A DNA stretch of 64,000 bases from a virus, in the IMG/VR virus record IMGVR_UViG_3300034108_000503, positions 1-64,000 of that record. The stretch is one strand, 5' to 3'. The notes under the pieces were generated by a model. It ran no database searches, was not told the origin of the DNA, and was given only the letters and a program-made list of their open reading frames with translations. How positions within the stretch are numbered: position 1 is the first letter of the stretch; every line of letters begins with the position of its first letter. Positions 21,101-28,012 of this stretch are shown in pieces. The translations under genes were made by a program, and so were the position numbers.

Positions 21101-23916
21101 TTGCCAACTACCTCGTCAGTAATCCCGCCCTTCTCAGCCTTCCTGCTGGTGCAGGGAAGAAGGAGATCCGTGCTGCTGCCATGAAGATGGGGCGGGATGC
21201 CTACAATGACCCTGATTCGTTTGATAAACTGATCACCGACTCCGCAATCGACCGGATCAAGCTGCTGAAGTACAAGCTGATGCCGCTGGGTGATGCGCTC
21301 ATTCAGGCTCAGAATGAATACCAGATTGCCGAGAAACTCCGGAGGGCTGGCAAGCCGGACACATCTGGAATCAAATGGCGCACGTCCATCGGGAACAATC
21401 AGAAGCAGAGCTTCATTGAAGCGCTCAACTCGGACTTCCAGAAGAACCTGGACTTCATCCTCGGTGCGCCAGTCAGCGGATCCGGCGGCAAGGGAGTAGC
21501 CGATAGCTGGCAGAAGCTGAACGATGAGATCCTGATGCATCGCGACAACATTCCGGCGTACATGCGGAAGTTTTGGGGAGAGACTGAGTCTCCGATTCAG
21601 CGGATCACCCAGACGATCACGAAGCAGGCATCGCTGATTGCCGACTCGGTGTTCCGCGAAAGGATCGCCAGCCTCGGACTGGAAGAGGGGTGGGCCGTGA
21701 AGAAGGAGGACTACGACAGTAACCCAAACAAGTACCCAGGCTACAAGCGAATCATCGAGGGCGACGAAGGCTACGAGGACAATCCTCTGGCTGACCTCTA
21801 CGTTGACGGCAACATCTACAACTCGCTGGAGATCCGCAGGTCCGGCAATCAACCATCCAACGATGCATTCAAGTTCATCGGATACTGGGTTGGTGCTGCT
21901 CTCTGGAATGCGACATCCGGTTTGATGCGTGGTGCTGTCCGGAACCTTGCGTCCTTCCCGGCATGGGGAATGAACTCTGGTCAGAACCTTGCCAACCCGA
22001 TCACCATGGCGCGTGTGATGTCCAACTTCGGTATCGCATCCGGAGCAATCGCTGAACACCTTGCCACCGTGCCAAGAGTGAAGGGTGGAACCGAAGGCGA
22101 ATTTGTCGGTTTGAGGTGGAGCAAGAACCTGATCGGCACTGCGCTTCAGGCATACTCATTCACTGGTCCTGGGTCGAAGATCTTCGGAGGAATCTCCGGT
22201 ATCCTCGGATCAATCTCCAATGTGACTGGCAGGGCGGAAAAGGAATCAGACCGCAAGGCGTTCCAGGATCTGTACACCAGGGCAGTCAATGTCGGTGTTG
22301 CTGACAACAACATTGAACGGAACGACATGGCAAGACTCCTCGGGTACGAGGACGAACTCACCCGCAGACCAATCACTGGAGGCAAACTTGCCCGCTTCCT
22401 GCCATCGTGGATGCGCCCTGATGACATGCAGGGTGCATTGGATTACCTCGTACAGACAGCCAAGTCCACGGCAGGGAACCGTACCGAGTACTACTCATCG
22501 ATGGACTCGCTGACCAAGATCACGTTCTGGCTCAGTGAGATGGAGGAGCAGGCGAAGATCCACGCCAAGGACAAGGCTCAGTTCAATGAGTGGCGCGGAG
22601 AGAACGGCATGTTCCAGAACCTTCCGAAGGAGCTTCAGATCAAGGCCGCGAACAACATCAATGACACCATCCAGTCTGACTCTCGGGTTCTGGAAGGCGT
22701 GAACCAGTTCCGTAAAGCCGGATGGGGTAAGATCCTCTCTCCGTTCCTTGCGTCGAAGACCGAATTCATCCGCACTGCCCAGAATTCCTACCGGATTGCG
22801 CTGGATGAAATGAAGAACGGTGTGAACAAGAAGGAGAAAGCCAGGGGCGCAAGGCGTCTGGTTGCTGCGCTGACTGGTCACATCGGATACTCTGCTGTCG
22901 CATCGTTCCTTGCGGTCACCGTCATGCGGATGGTTGGTGGCGGGGACGATGAGGAGAAGGAAGGCGTGACGCTCGACGGTTCGCAGATTGATTCGCTCCG
23001 GAAACTGCTGCCAGAGTGGGCGCAGAATAAGGTGCTGGCTGGACGAGCATACGCCAATGGCGAGATCGACTGGGCTGACGTTTCCTTCCAGCTTCCGTTT
23101 GGATGGATGAACGAAATCTTCATCTCCGGACAGAAGGCAATCGACAAGAGCAACGCGGAAGACATCCTCGCTGCCGAGGTCACGATGCAGATCGTGTCTG
23201 ACTTCATCGGCAACTTTGCCTCCAGGCAGATTGCAGTTGAGGCTGCATCCAATGCTCTTTCTGGCTTCGACCGGATCCGGAACAAGACGATCTGGGAAAA
23301 GGACGACAGTGTCTACGTCAAGATCGCTAAGGGGATCAAGTACTACTTGAATTCCGCAGGGTATCCCGGTGACGTTCGTGATGCCATCAAGATGTACAAG
23401 GCTGCATACGGGATCGAGGAGAATGGCAGCAAGTACAAGATGGATGCAGTCCTCCTGTCCATGCTCACTGGTCAGAGCATCCGCACCCAGAAGATCGACG
23501 AGATGTACCTCTCTCAGATGCGGCAAGCCCAGGATGATCTGCGTATCGTGAACCGATCCCTCTACCAGTCGGCTCTCCGGGATGCCAACAACGTGGAGCC
23601 TGAAGATGTCGCAGCCGACACGAAACTCGCCATGACCCGCCACGCCGAAACCATGCGTGAACTCGGGCAGATGTTCTCCTCGGCAACAAGCCTGCTGGAG
23701 ACTGGCGGCATGGCTCCAATGGATGCCAGAAAGAAGATCCTTGCGATCATGCGAAGCGAGAAGGTCAAACTCAGCCAGCGTGATGAGCGGGCAATCGCCA
23801 ACCAGTACATCCCGCCATGGCGAGGATCAGATGTCACCGAGAGGGAAATCCGCAGGCTCGACCGCAAGCATAACGACGGTCGCTTTGAGGCTTACCTTGA
23901 CGCGATCCGCAGGTAA
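9193..23916 (+). CDS. Giant (4907 aa) polyvalent internal virion protein: Strawberry-notch-type helicase, 3 HExxH peptidase-like modules, ART-like and LPD23-like modules
   Basis: Single uninterrupted ORF. Helicase motifs: Walker A EPGSGKT (14428), DEGH (14641), SAT, GGTGLSLHD and LPWSA..Q..QRSAR. Other motifs: HELVH (16267), WHGT (16891), HEFWH (18202), TGWFPGKYDGKMRWEVPD (LPD23-like) and HEIQH (19390) with GEIEAR. Confidence 0.85.
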   Translation: MESIDGTGLPSQPQTQPQAPKKWSEIEQESLIYSLPPEQRMPIFDQWVKDTQNYQLQAGGFDNPESFQKFKLKELQTRRRLSSEIGADPTPEEVNADYDNYVNIISSEQQRLAAKAPDEKAYKDVIDGNRGAAFVGGQIVFNPKVTKDPTAYRKALAESDAPDDIKLIYAGKRDEEDKKSVVTRRNELASRVITPKVADKVVSAIQEGNEILGFDVGTPQSPAIVKDKAGTWSVVDPDYVNWDESIVGGIATKVLPAANAQYKPMPELNEFQKKYGLTDEEIQTDYLEALKRSAPTSISRWVTNADSLEDYVPVLNSKVRVLDPDVKPKVFVPNADLAFDKEAYDAVVDKAKAPDEAKALAKETRTQIAESIAAPTFDLLLRNRDDFAPYAKDAKDPQAKVAAVSRYYKDKKDQAWYNDIGEFFSQGIGGIGTGLTRLVNLANVVPAMFGDVEAAERAAAVQKAENEKAQAAEMVGSRMGAPTTIKLTRDVAAVLPDLAAQIVISMATGGLGASAAAGSLAARTGVSYTAARGAISAAMANAERGAVRAAVSRIPSIAAGSVDDLADAAIATAKQMSSKNPLKGGLGLQQAVSAATAGMSSMGGTFPEVYSQLRNEGMAPAKALDAARNAAAISGAITGLITYGFSAAGAGGAEDIGTMSQRKAGDFTVRDLVAAGLPDVLRSEYGKQAVIKTARGILGKAGSEGLEEGLDQFIGGISQYLTNPSAEAQDKKVSDIIQESLYAGALGFIVGGGAAVGGQIRQTAGGLTAAQIEAEMAGLTGAPPAPPAPATPPPPVAPAAAPPAAGSTPPAPAAPGAAAVPPSPAPPPAGAATVVSPTGTTTVSTAAPSTVVSAQPPGATRLATRLASQFGVDITTVTPSGANNTVTPNDIRNAARQKQLAEAEQNGVAPPEELPLPPPPPNPLLSEAVGMQIQYEGYEGTLIDDEGRPALQTPDGTVIDIPATFLADEAVNALGITVTGDAAQDRAEVLRMYGETEGEALQIIFGGITTDTDSVVDMAELGVSLLQRKGRKTIRVQNTPEFARMARGITDEQILLAEEQITQAIETTRTQTGIPDDLKQKITAKLEGDLNILSLFIESRDSWQNGLVPRDIGVPSETRQATAASQAPAQQTNPAAVNAASVAAAVSQVPGASITGAALQQAANTAPPVPVEVPPAPAQQPVEAAPAATPAAPTVVEEPAAEAKAVTRDATKPEQMTKDELSAFRKSEAIKTAKDDLSKAKDGTDNPYAFGFKSKAALVRAREDALQKATSEDQDPDVFGTVIEAANQKRPIFAGLIDSLSDVDRTISPGPMGEPGGVVRSARKQLIDSIEEKGYVKEGDLYVFKGESETASVKATEEPAVEAPVEATVETKPTEAPVAPVEAATEPVVEPAAPKEEAPATAPKAEAPVEEPKAAVDIEFVEGDAAEDADIVFMVYSANNYYTLWFKQKSKDKTARPVYVKNLPSNEKDAFSEAKQYASKIASTGKIPQAFVGKIDVYKFNTVGLIDKVVEREKLSTPVSRNLGDSEIRYGEYAGKTINQLLSGEEKEFDYVFSNLIKTNFFSSYIASLPEFEIFKQKQKEKAKQVVTSESKAALKKVGLNVSINEESGEIQISGKTFAWREKLSSVKGKFNYEDKFYSVTPEGYRQLAEEIGGIKVSDGGYERGIPAYVTDERYRRLRREREQDPDRSGLPSAPGQYVSVGTQDLLRKGEESGMPSFVIEEQIEDVALIKRAYTEGKPLFLLSSEPGSGKTYVLGAAIRELIAAGAKKINYITLNENLIEQIKADLAEYGIQDVSFYTYDSIKKKDVGESDVLIFDEGHAIKNIGKGTGRAKKGENLIRRSKFTLVSSATPFENPLEVEYLDAAGVFDDKNEFPEGFDDFVLAFGGYVFSVTDSRGNTVSKLEFARSKGSNEDLMQAREFFRKRGMLTTRRTKLDSSMVDVQQKKVPADKYYVDIFNAINKAKEDKQLTVYARQWFVNFQKRLLEASKIDSAIGEARNAIDEGRYPIIFVETKQAKDFDIDKLVKDEFEYQRTVARAKMMDDSPPPRSAFDLPPEGVVDVFEEAVKSFKIKNISIPSINDKIISAFGKETVAFFTGDFTDLQAKKNLSEWRKGTKKLLVATMAKGGTGLSLHDKSGDHPTTQINVNLPWSATQFTQVAQRSARYGLRSKAKMMWLFTDEIDFDRKLANLVGGRIQSMSALVGGKESKIGETLEEWNIADTTDSERKDVKPTEKPAETADGSPDPNATDDLSVSRSTGLPYTPGEARKAGVTRIASDLGLVNGNQESVFSALEKISKSGNRRHRKVAKDLLKVLQGTDVTVQMISVDPSKNGWFDPATGTVYLNLDGPHETGIVETLLHELVHAGTERAISNPVTPAQKALVDSLQKQMDSARKAAADLIKSKLGKDVDLTNWRGLVNAARMLNDYDFFDVVYGLSSLSEFATHATTSKAFQKFLSGVGKDGKPLGLFDRFVRVIAKYFTGQTDIATDVYNDIISLIGSADKGSVRMPNINREKFGGLVGKPASESRGVTPQMDAEYMSAVEGGDTKTAQRLVDQAAKAAGYNGDLWHGTKSEKIGELSFDESNEGFHIGTKKAAAERLKYINKTLPEMRQSKDNLIKVSIKGNYLTVPDVGYGYLVDWIGAAQDALPVEGQEIDDPFDVTQEQFTEWLMKNGYSGLRYVNEIENAGSTSYAVFDFGSVKSTEPIIKDDAGNVIPLSQRFNPQSPDIRFSESRGIIDQQLALYAPDLKVFVEPGVKDPIAYNGIGLVINEEAVSEMDEDDVRLQTQRAALASRFAADNPLAADVIQKPDLLFPALMGDSVRAGVARSLMDASRFAADNGMQPLAMDLGTKADAFGATGIMLSEARGVPPDGVRRFDLVDAVRAAKAGEASTPFVALNEAINANTELTRRIRAESERRKAPYARGKGAILQQIITAGNSGRLPKEAIKPITDFVNSVSEKALEDTRISLSVKPKSSTFDFTESLVTLALNGLGSSPNEIDRTAVHEFWHGLSRFIPDEEIEKMRVDYVKFVKKYIAKNPWFVPFIGRTHLNEDQYDDFSRMLSKEEMDSIPWKEWETLDNGKRVRGIKWDKENYRLFRLDEWVVETMADLVRRKQERPTTVLGKMARLIRDFIDTLKQALGDPYLRALDAMTIPDEAFNAVIERDGPIENNPPVMYGGVAEGMNNQFVLGMYAGEKSLENMPEERRAFMQDSLNSARAMAAAGKTSEEIRAVTGWFPGKYDGKMRWEVPDNEAELRLSEYRQKRKDGSSQEDIVREFFQAKQQSAMELALKKAYNLKGKDLIDFSRRFDSEKKKENLGVYSFYLNEENRSRGRIPLSYILKHDQLFDLYPELRFMPVSFNADDMEASPFAIGAFNSSFNGISLNPIYAFENEQDALSTVLHEIQHAIQKTEDFAKGASPDSYLFADVAYKDWLLRAELVQLSDEMNKPLSEAVEMYKPFPQDYESLQSALKAYNSDNDFKDSVSVNIKYWKPRGSVNMFDAYTNTAGEIEARDVQARQALTPEQRAAVAPYSSENIAPEDAIVSYSTARGYTPAPGTYVAVPSSGWMAATGWIASKFRSRGNLTQAGLEVTIMNEQEKKAAANAARFLGNNLGKQIEKVFGRTEKDTKNFRVFTTDASGKPSFTRPYASRAEADAFAAKMGYTDFMVATPEELMNIALGNSMPSLTPKQEEELEAIRERGIAAVQAKTDKLTEQYLRDNAALIEKIRKSGGTAAELDKLKDNREIFQKEMLKYNDSLKALFEEKYKEVNRKFMLENKEKFLSLQANAKMFLPDSILNEIEEARAAIDGRSREIAGIDYLMKDGMMRIVFSAQEGIYVTRAYEAFEAKNREDYVNFLNEAYRSTVEGEMVGGKPLKYREVARERITPLVNVLTGKIIEKRAKDIIAEQNADMVSDLRDEMRIMDEKSMYKKDRKDKEMDMYLYLSDEYILVRAKNEVKRRRAQYRREFIRGIANYLVSNPALLSLPAGAGKKEIRAAAMKMGRDAYNDPDSFDKLITDSAIDRIKLLKYKLMPLGDALIQAQNEYQIAEKLRRAGKPDTSGIKWRTSIGNNQKQSFIEALNSDFQKNLDFILGAPVSGSGGKGVADSWQKLNDEILMHRDNIPAYMRKFWGETESPIQRITQTITKQASLIADSVFRERIASLGLEEGWAVKKEDYDSNPNKYPGYKRIIEGDEGYEDNPLADLYVDGNIYNSLEIRRSGNQPSNDAFKFIGYWVGAALWNATSGLMRGAVRNLASFPAWGMNSGQNLANPITMARVMSNFGIASGAIAEHLATVPRVKGGTEGEFVGLRWSKNLIGTALQAYSFTGPGSKIFGGISGILGSISNVTGRAEKESDRKAFQDLYTRAVNVGVADNNIERNDMARLLGYEDELTRRPITGGKLARFLPSWMRPDDMQGALDYLVQTAKSTAGNRTEYYSSMDSLTKITFWLSEMEEQAKIHAKDKAQFNEWRGENGMFQNLPKELQIKAANNINDTIQSDSRVLEGVNQFRKAGWGKILSPFLASKTEFIRTAQNSYRIALDEMKNGVNKKEKARGARRLVAALTGHIGYSAVASFLAVTVMRMVGGGDDEEKEGVTLDGSQIDSLRKLLPEWAQNKVLAGRAYANGEIDWADVSFQLPFGWMNEIFISGQKAIDKSNAEDILAAEVTMQIVSDFIGNFASRQIAVEAASNALSGFDRIRNKTIWEKDDSVYVKIAKGIKYYLNSAGYPGDVRDAIKMYKAAYGIEENGSKYKMDAVLLSMLTGQSIRTQKIDEMYLSQMRQAQDDLRIVNRSLYQSALRDANNVEPEDVAADTKLAMTRHAETMRELGQMFSSATSLLETGGMAPMDARKKILAIMRSEKVKLSQRDERAIANQYIPPWRGSDVTEREIRRLDRKHNDGRFEAYLDAIRR

Positions 23917-23931
23917 TTGTAATCCGGATTC

Positions 23932-24441
23932 ATGACCACCATCGACATCACAAAAGATACGCCAGAGATGGCGATCATCAACGCAACCATCACTGCCGTG
24001 GCGCAGTACGTTGGAACCAAGCACCAGATCCCGCTGACCTCAGTGGTATCCGGCATGAGCATGGGGAACCATATCATCCCGGCAGTGCAGGTTTCTCTGG
24101 CTGCACACCAGGATCGCATGCTTCAAGCCGCCAAGGCTGCGTCTGACGCTGCTCAGTACATTGCGCCTCCGGTTACTCAGCCACCACCGCAGCCTGCTCC
24201 TGCGCCAATTCCTGCGCGTCCTGAGCCTGTTCAGGAACTTCCGCCGCATCCGGTGTATGGAATGGCTGGAGCCACACTGGTCACCACTGGCAGGCCGGAA
24301 GCTATCCCCTCGGCGTTCACCCCGGCACCGGAGTATTCGCCGCCACCCCCTGCTCCAGCGCAACCAGCGCCAGTTCCGGTCGCGGAAGAGCAGGCTCCCG
24401 CTCCAGCGAAGAAGCGTGGCAGACCGAAGAAGACAGCCTGA
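23932..24441 (+). CDS. Pro-rich protein with C-terminal AT-hook-like motif
   Basis: Ends PAKKRGRPKKTA. Last gene before the convergent terminator. Confidence 0.65.
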   Translation: MTTIDITKDTPEMAIINATITAVAQYVGTKHQIPLTSVVSGMSMGNHIIPAVQVSLAAHQDRMLQAAKAASDAAQYIAPPVTQPPPQPAPAPIPARPEPVQELPPHPVYGMAGATLVTTGRPEAIPSAFTPAPEYSPPPPAPAQPAPVPVAEEQAPAPAKKRGRPKKTA

Positions 24442-24461
24442 ACCACCAGAAACACCAAAGG

Positions 24462-24500
24462 CAAACCCCCAGCCGACCGAGATGGTTGACTGGGGGTTTG
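24462..24500. terminator. Hairpin between convergent transcription units
   Basis: CAAACCCCCAGCCGACC-gagat-GGTTGACTGGGGGTTTG lies at the +/- strand switch. Confidence 0.75.
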
Positions 24501-24595
24501 TTGCTGAATCCGTGGATTGCGGACCATTCAGCGGTGATCCTATGAACAAACAGCACTGGGAACCAAATACAAAACCCAGCACATCTCGCAAGCTC

Positions 24596-24898
24596 TCACG
24601 GTTTACTTCTGTCCGACCATTCTTCTGACTTCTTCTTTCTCTTTTTCTTCTTACGCTTCTTCGCTGGTCCTGTCGAGAGATTTCTTTTCACTCTCGCACA
24701 GGCGCACCAGGGAACCAGTTTCACTGATTTGTCATCCAGCATTACCAGTCTGACCTCATGAGGTTCAGCAGGATACTGGACTTTGTCGGTGACTCCGAGC
24801 CTCCCGGATTCGCCATCAACAGCGACAAGGACATGAACCACGACCCCTGTGTCCGGTCGCCTGTCCATGCACCTTGCCAGTTCTTCTTTACGTCTCAC
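24596..24898 (-). CDS. Hypothetical protein, Lys-rich C-terminus
   Basis: Probable GTG start overlapping the end of the DUF6378 gene. Confidence 0.5.
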   Translation of the reverse strand: MRRKEELARCMDRRPDTGVVVHVLVAVDGESGRLGVTDKVQYPAEPHEVRLVMLDDKSVKLVPWCACARVKRNLSTGPAKKRKKKKRKKKSEEWSDRSKP

Positions 24899-25160
24899 GG
24901 GATGCAGCTTCCCCGGCGAGCGCAAAATACGCTGCACCGTCCTCGTAGTTGTCCGCCTTGAATTGACCCTGGCGGGACCGGACCATCTTCAGTATGCCCA
25001 TGAACAACCATCCGTCTTCGTGGGTGAGGGAGTGTCCTGTCAGCGTATTGAACATATCAACAGTCTTTTCAATGGACCGCTCGCCATCTGGAGCGTCGTA
25101 CTGTTCCGCCCGGTCCTTCATGTGACCAACGGCATTCTCAAGAATCTCAATTGCATTCAT
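24888..25160 (-). CDS. DUF6378-family protein
   Basis: DRAEQY...M.ILKMVR....DNYEDGAAYFAL pattern. Confidence 0.75.
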   Translation of the reverse strand: MNAIEILENAVGHMKDRAEQYDAPDGERSIEKTVDMFNTLTGHSLTHEDGWLFMGILKMVRSRQGQFKADNYEDGAAYFALAGEAASRET

Positions 25161-25168
25161 AGTTTTGA

Positions 25169-25561
25169 TCAGAATTCGATTTCATCTTCATCGCCACGGC
25201 CCGGTGACCAGTCCCCGGAAGGCTGCGGACCACGGCTCTTTTGCGGAAGCGGTTTCTGGTGGCGCTGCTTCTGCTTCGGCGCACCAGTGTCGATGCGCCA
25301 CGCTGTCAGATTGTTGTAGACCACTCCGGTATTTGCGTTCCGATGTCCGCGAACATTGAAGTGAACCGTGACTTCGTCCCCGGCTTCAAGGTTCTCAAGC
25401 TGCGACACACGGTCGCCAATCAACTCAAACCGAAGGGTCTGGTCGTACTTTCCGTCATTGAAGTCGATGACGAAGTCCTGCTTGGTGAGCTTTCCGAATT
25501 GCTTCTCAGGGTGAATCTCAGCGATCTTGCCGCTGACTTGGAATCCATTTGATGTAGCCAT
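25169..25561 (-). CDS. DUF3127-family OB-fold ssDNA-binding protein
   Basis: KQDFVI..DGKYDQ...FEL.GD, V.VHFNVRG, YNNLTAWRI and an acidic tail DEDEIEF. Start taken at MATSNG. Confidence 0.8.
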   Translation of the reverse strand: MATSNGFQVSGKIAEIHPEKQFGKLTKQDFVIDFNDGKYDQTLRFELIGDRVSQLENLEAGDEVTVHFNVRGHRNANTGVVYNNLTAWRIDTGAPKQKQRHQKPLPQKSRGPQPSGDWSPGRGDEDEIEF

Positions 25562-25589
25562 GTTGTTTTTTATGTGTGATCTTTTTTGG

Positions 25590-25799
25590 TTACGCGCACC
25601 ACCTGCAAAATTCAATATCAAATGCTTTGAGTACGGCTTTGGCTTTTGCTGCCAATGATTTATCGGTGACGGCACAGAGATGTTTCACGAAATCCTTAAG
25701 CAATTCGTCCTCAAGAAAATGAGCCATCTCATCATCCACTTTACTTGATGCATATTGTTTGATTTCTTTGACGCGATTTCTGATTTCTTCAATGGTCAT
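25590..25799 (-). CDS. Hypothetical protein
   Basis: Compact, AT-richer ORF in the operon (DEMAHFLED...F.RWCA). Confidence 0.65.
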   Translation of the reverse strand: MTIEEIRNRVKEIKQYASSKVDDEMAHFLEDELLKDFVKHLCAVTDKSLAAKAKAVLKAFDIEFCRWCA

Positions 25800-25803
25800 A
25801 TTT

Positions 25804-26031
25804 TTATTTCAGGTGATCTTTGACGGTAGTAACCGCTCCATGCAGAGCAAGTTCAATATCCTTGAATGGTCTCTGTAGTTTTCTGTTTTCGTAGAACATG
25901 ACGAAGAAGTCTTCGATGACTTCCATGTCCGAGGTGAATTCATCAATCACTTCTTTGTCCCACTGCTTATGCTTGCATGTGGGATCATTAAGGATTTTCT
26001 CGGCAATGGCGATGAATTCGTGAACTTCCAT
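25804..26031 (-). CDS. Hypothetical protein
   Basis: Tight operon packing. Confidence 0.6.
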   Translation of the reverse strand: MEVHEFIAIAEKILNDPTCKHKQWDKEVIDEFTSDMEVIEDFFVMFYENRKLQRPFKDIELALHGAVTTVKDHLK

Positions 26032-26037
26032 GGTATG

Positions 26038-26157
26038 TTACTGGCAGCTTTCGCAGTCTGGGTTGTCCATTGAGCAGGCAGGTCCAAGGGTGATGTCCCC
26101 GAAGTCGTCTTCGGGATCTGACTCAGGCTGATTATCGGTCTGTTGGTTTGGTTCCAT
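26038..26157 (-). CDS. 39-aa acidic peptide ending ACSMDNPDCESCQ (RNR-alpha C-tail-like)
   Basis: Fills the gap between two genes, and the ATG at 26157 overlaps the upstream gene end. Confidence 0.6.
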   Translation of the reverse strand: MEPNQQTDNQPESDPEDDFGDITLGPACSMDNPDCESCQ

Positions 26158-26347
26158 CTTCTTTGTGGGTGATAACGAAAATCGGTTCGCCGTTCTCATC
26201 GGCCCGGTACTCGGCAATGCCATTGCGAATCAGGACGGCCCTGTAGTGCTTCAGTTGGTCGTTCTGGGGGCTTGTGGCTGTGCAGAGAAAACCACCAACA
26301 AAGCCAATACCAGAGAAAAACAATCCAATAAGAAACTTATCATTCAT
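26132..26347 (-). CDS. Small membrane protein
   Basis: ATGA overlap. N-terminal TM segment (FLIGLFFSGIGFVGGFLC). Confidence 0.6.
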   Translation of the reverse strand: MNDKFLIGLFFSGIGFVGGFLCTATSPQNDQLKHYRAVLIRNGIAEYRADENGEPIFVITHKEDGTKPTDR

Positions 26348-26583
26348 GGTCTTGATTTCTGTCCTTTCACTCGCTTCCCGCCCCACTGAGGCTGGCACTT
26401 GTACAGCTTCCGCATTTTACGGATCGCGTGATAGCCCCACTCAAGCTCCCCGAACTCAGGATCCTTGACCATCTCAGCGATCACTTCGTTGTGGGTCTTC
26501 TCGCCGCAGAGCAGCACGAACTTCTTCCGAAGATCCTCCCTGTGCTTGAGGTGATGACCGAGTGTGTCCTTGGTGAGTTCCAT
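26344..26583 (-). CDS. Hypothetical protein
   Basis: A/C-rich leader and operon packing. Confidence 0.6.
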   Translation of the reverse strand: MELTKDTLGHHLKHREDLRKKFVLLCGEKTHNEVIAEMVKDPEFGELEWGYHAIRKMRKLYKCQPQWGGKRVKGQKSRP

Positions 26584-26650
26584 TGTTGCTGGTGGTTATG
26601 ATTGATGTGGATTCAACGCAACATACGCAATCATGTACAAAGCGCCATGA

Positions 26651-28000
26651 CTATTTGCGCCATGCCTTCTGGGGTTTCTCCTGCTTCCTCCTTGGCGGAT
26701 CGTCGTCATCCTCGAAACGCTGGAGCGCACCATTCCGGCGGACTGCAACGCTGCGGTTGGATGCACCGAAGCGGTTCTTGAGGATCTTTATCCTCCCGGT
26801 ATCGGCAGTCTCCTCGTTTCCGTCCTCGCTTTCGTGGACATCCATGTCGATCCGAAGGAACACCTGCGGAGCATCAAGGATTGCCCTCGCGTCACGGATC
26901 ATGCCGTCGTCATTCAGTTGGACCGGAGCGATGAGCGTGCATCCCAGTTCCTTCCGCAACCTCTCTGCCGTCTCGGAGATTGTCTTGAGCATCTGATCCG
27001 CCCGCTCGCCGGAACGCTGGGCAACAGGCACAAGCTGAAGGTAGTCGATCACAATGAAGTCCAAGGGCTTCTTTCGGTGGAGGTTCCTGGCGTGGGAAGC
27101 AACGCCTTCCAGCGAGATGTACGGTGATTCGGTGTAGTGCAGATCCCATCTTCCGAGGGACTCAATGGCTTTCTGGATTCTGGTGAAGTCACCCTGTTCC
27201 CGCAGCGGGGTGCGGCCCATCACCTTGTCGAGAGGGATACCCGACTCCCGTGCCAGATCCCGCATCACGATCTGGATTGCTGACATCTCGTAGCCAACCA
27301 CGAACCCGCGCCTTCCAGCGCACGATAGTCTGCCAGCCATCTGCATCGCCAGCAGAGTCTTCCCGTGTCCCTGCTTTCCTCCGATCAGGATGTACTCCCG
27401 ACGGATCCCTCCAGCCAGCAATTCGTCCAGTCCTTTGATCCCGGTCGCGATGGCAGGATCAACGTCAGTCTCCACTCCCTGCTCGATGATGTCGATGTAG
27501 CGAAAGAGGACATCCTTGATTGGAATCAGGTTCGCGCTCCTGCTCTGGACGGTGGCGGTATCCAGTTCCCGGATCATTACTCCAACCTTTTCTCTCCAGT
27601 CATCCGGCCCATCGTAGGCGACAGCCTCCAGCCGGGACGCTATCTTTGCAACGCTACGGCGTCTGGATGCGCTCCTGACGGCTTCGCAGTATGATCGTAC
27701 CGCAGACGGCGCAGACGCTGCTGTGGCGATTTCCGAGATGGTTCCCGCGCCCCCCACGGAATCCAGCTTCTGAGCGTCAATCAGGTGGGCCGTAAGCGAG
27801 ACAGCATCCACCGGGTTTCCGTCAGCGTGGCGGGAGATGATCAGGTCGAACAGGTAGGCGCAGTGTCCGGTGACGAAGTCCGAGGACTTGATGATCTCAA
27901 TCGCCTGGTCGATGGCGTACTCCGGTGCCTGCATCAGGCAGGAGATGACTGCTCTGTCCATTTCCTCCGACCCCGGAGGCTTCTTCAGTTCATGGTTCAT
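26651..28000 (-). CDS. dnaB: Replicative DNA helicase, DnaB family
   Basis: DnaB N-terminal domain (PVDAVSL...LDSVGG), Walker A GKQGHGKT, YEMS, IDYLQL, QLN and KNRFG arginine finger. Confidence 0.9.
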   Translation of the reverse strand: MNHELKKPPGSEEMDRAVISCLMQAPEYAIDQAIEIIKSSDFVTGHCAYLFDLIISRHADGNPVDAVSLTAHLIDAQKLDSVGGAGTISEIATAASAPSAVRSYCEAVRSASRRRSVAKIASRLEAVAYDGPDDWREKVGVMIRELDTATVQSRSANLIPIKDVLFRYIDIIEQGVETDVDPAIATGIKGLDELLAGGIRREYILIGGKQGHGKTLLAMQMAGRLSCAGRRGFVVGYEMSAIQIVMRDLARESGIPLDKVMGRTPLREQGDFTRIQKAIESLGRWDLHYTESPYISLEGVASHARNLHRKKPLDFIVIDYLQLVPVAQRSGERADQMLKTISETAERLRKELGCTLIAPVQLNDDGMIRDARAILDAPQVFLRIDMDVHESEDGNEETADTGRIKILKNRFGASNRSVAVRRNGALQRFEDDDDPPRRKQEKPQKAWRK

Positions 28001-28012
28001 TTATTGATGTTG

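Noticed and set aside
20677-23643. Long antisense ORFs (460 aa and 382 aa) and similar ones opposite the portal and dnaB
   Set aside because: These are shadow ORFs caused by codon bias of the sense genes. They have no motifs or start context.
9193-23916. Giant protein as an N4-like virion RNA polymerase or crAss-like RNAP
   Set aside because: No DxDGD/DFDxD or T7-type polymerase motifs were recognised; the domains seen are helicase, peptidase and ART-like.
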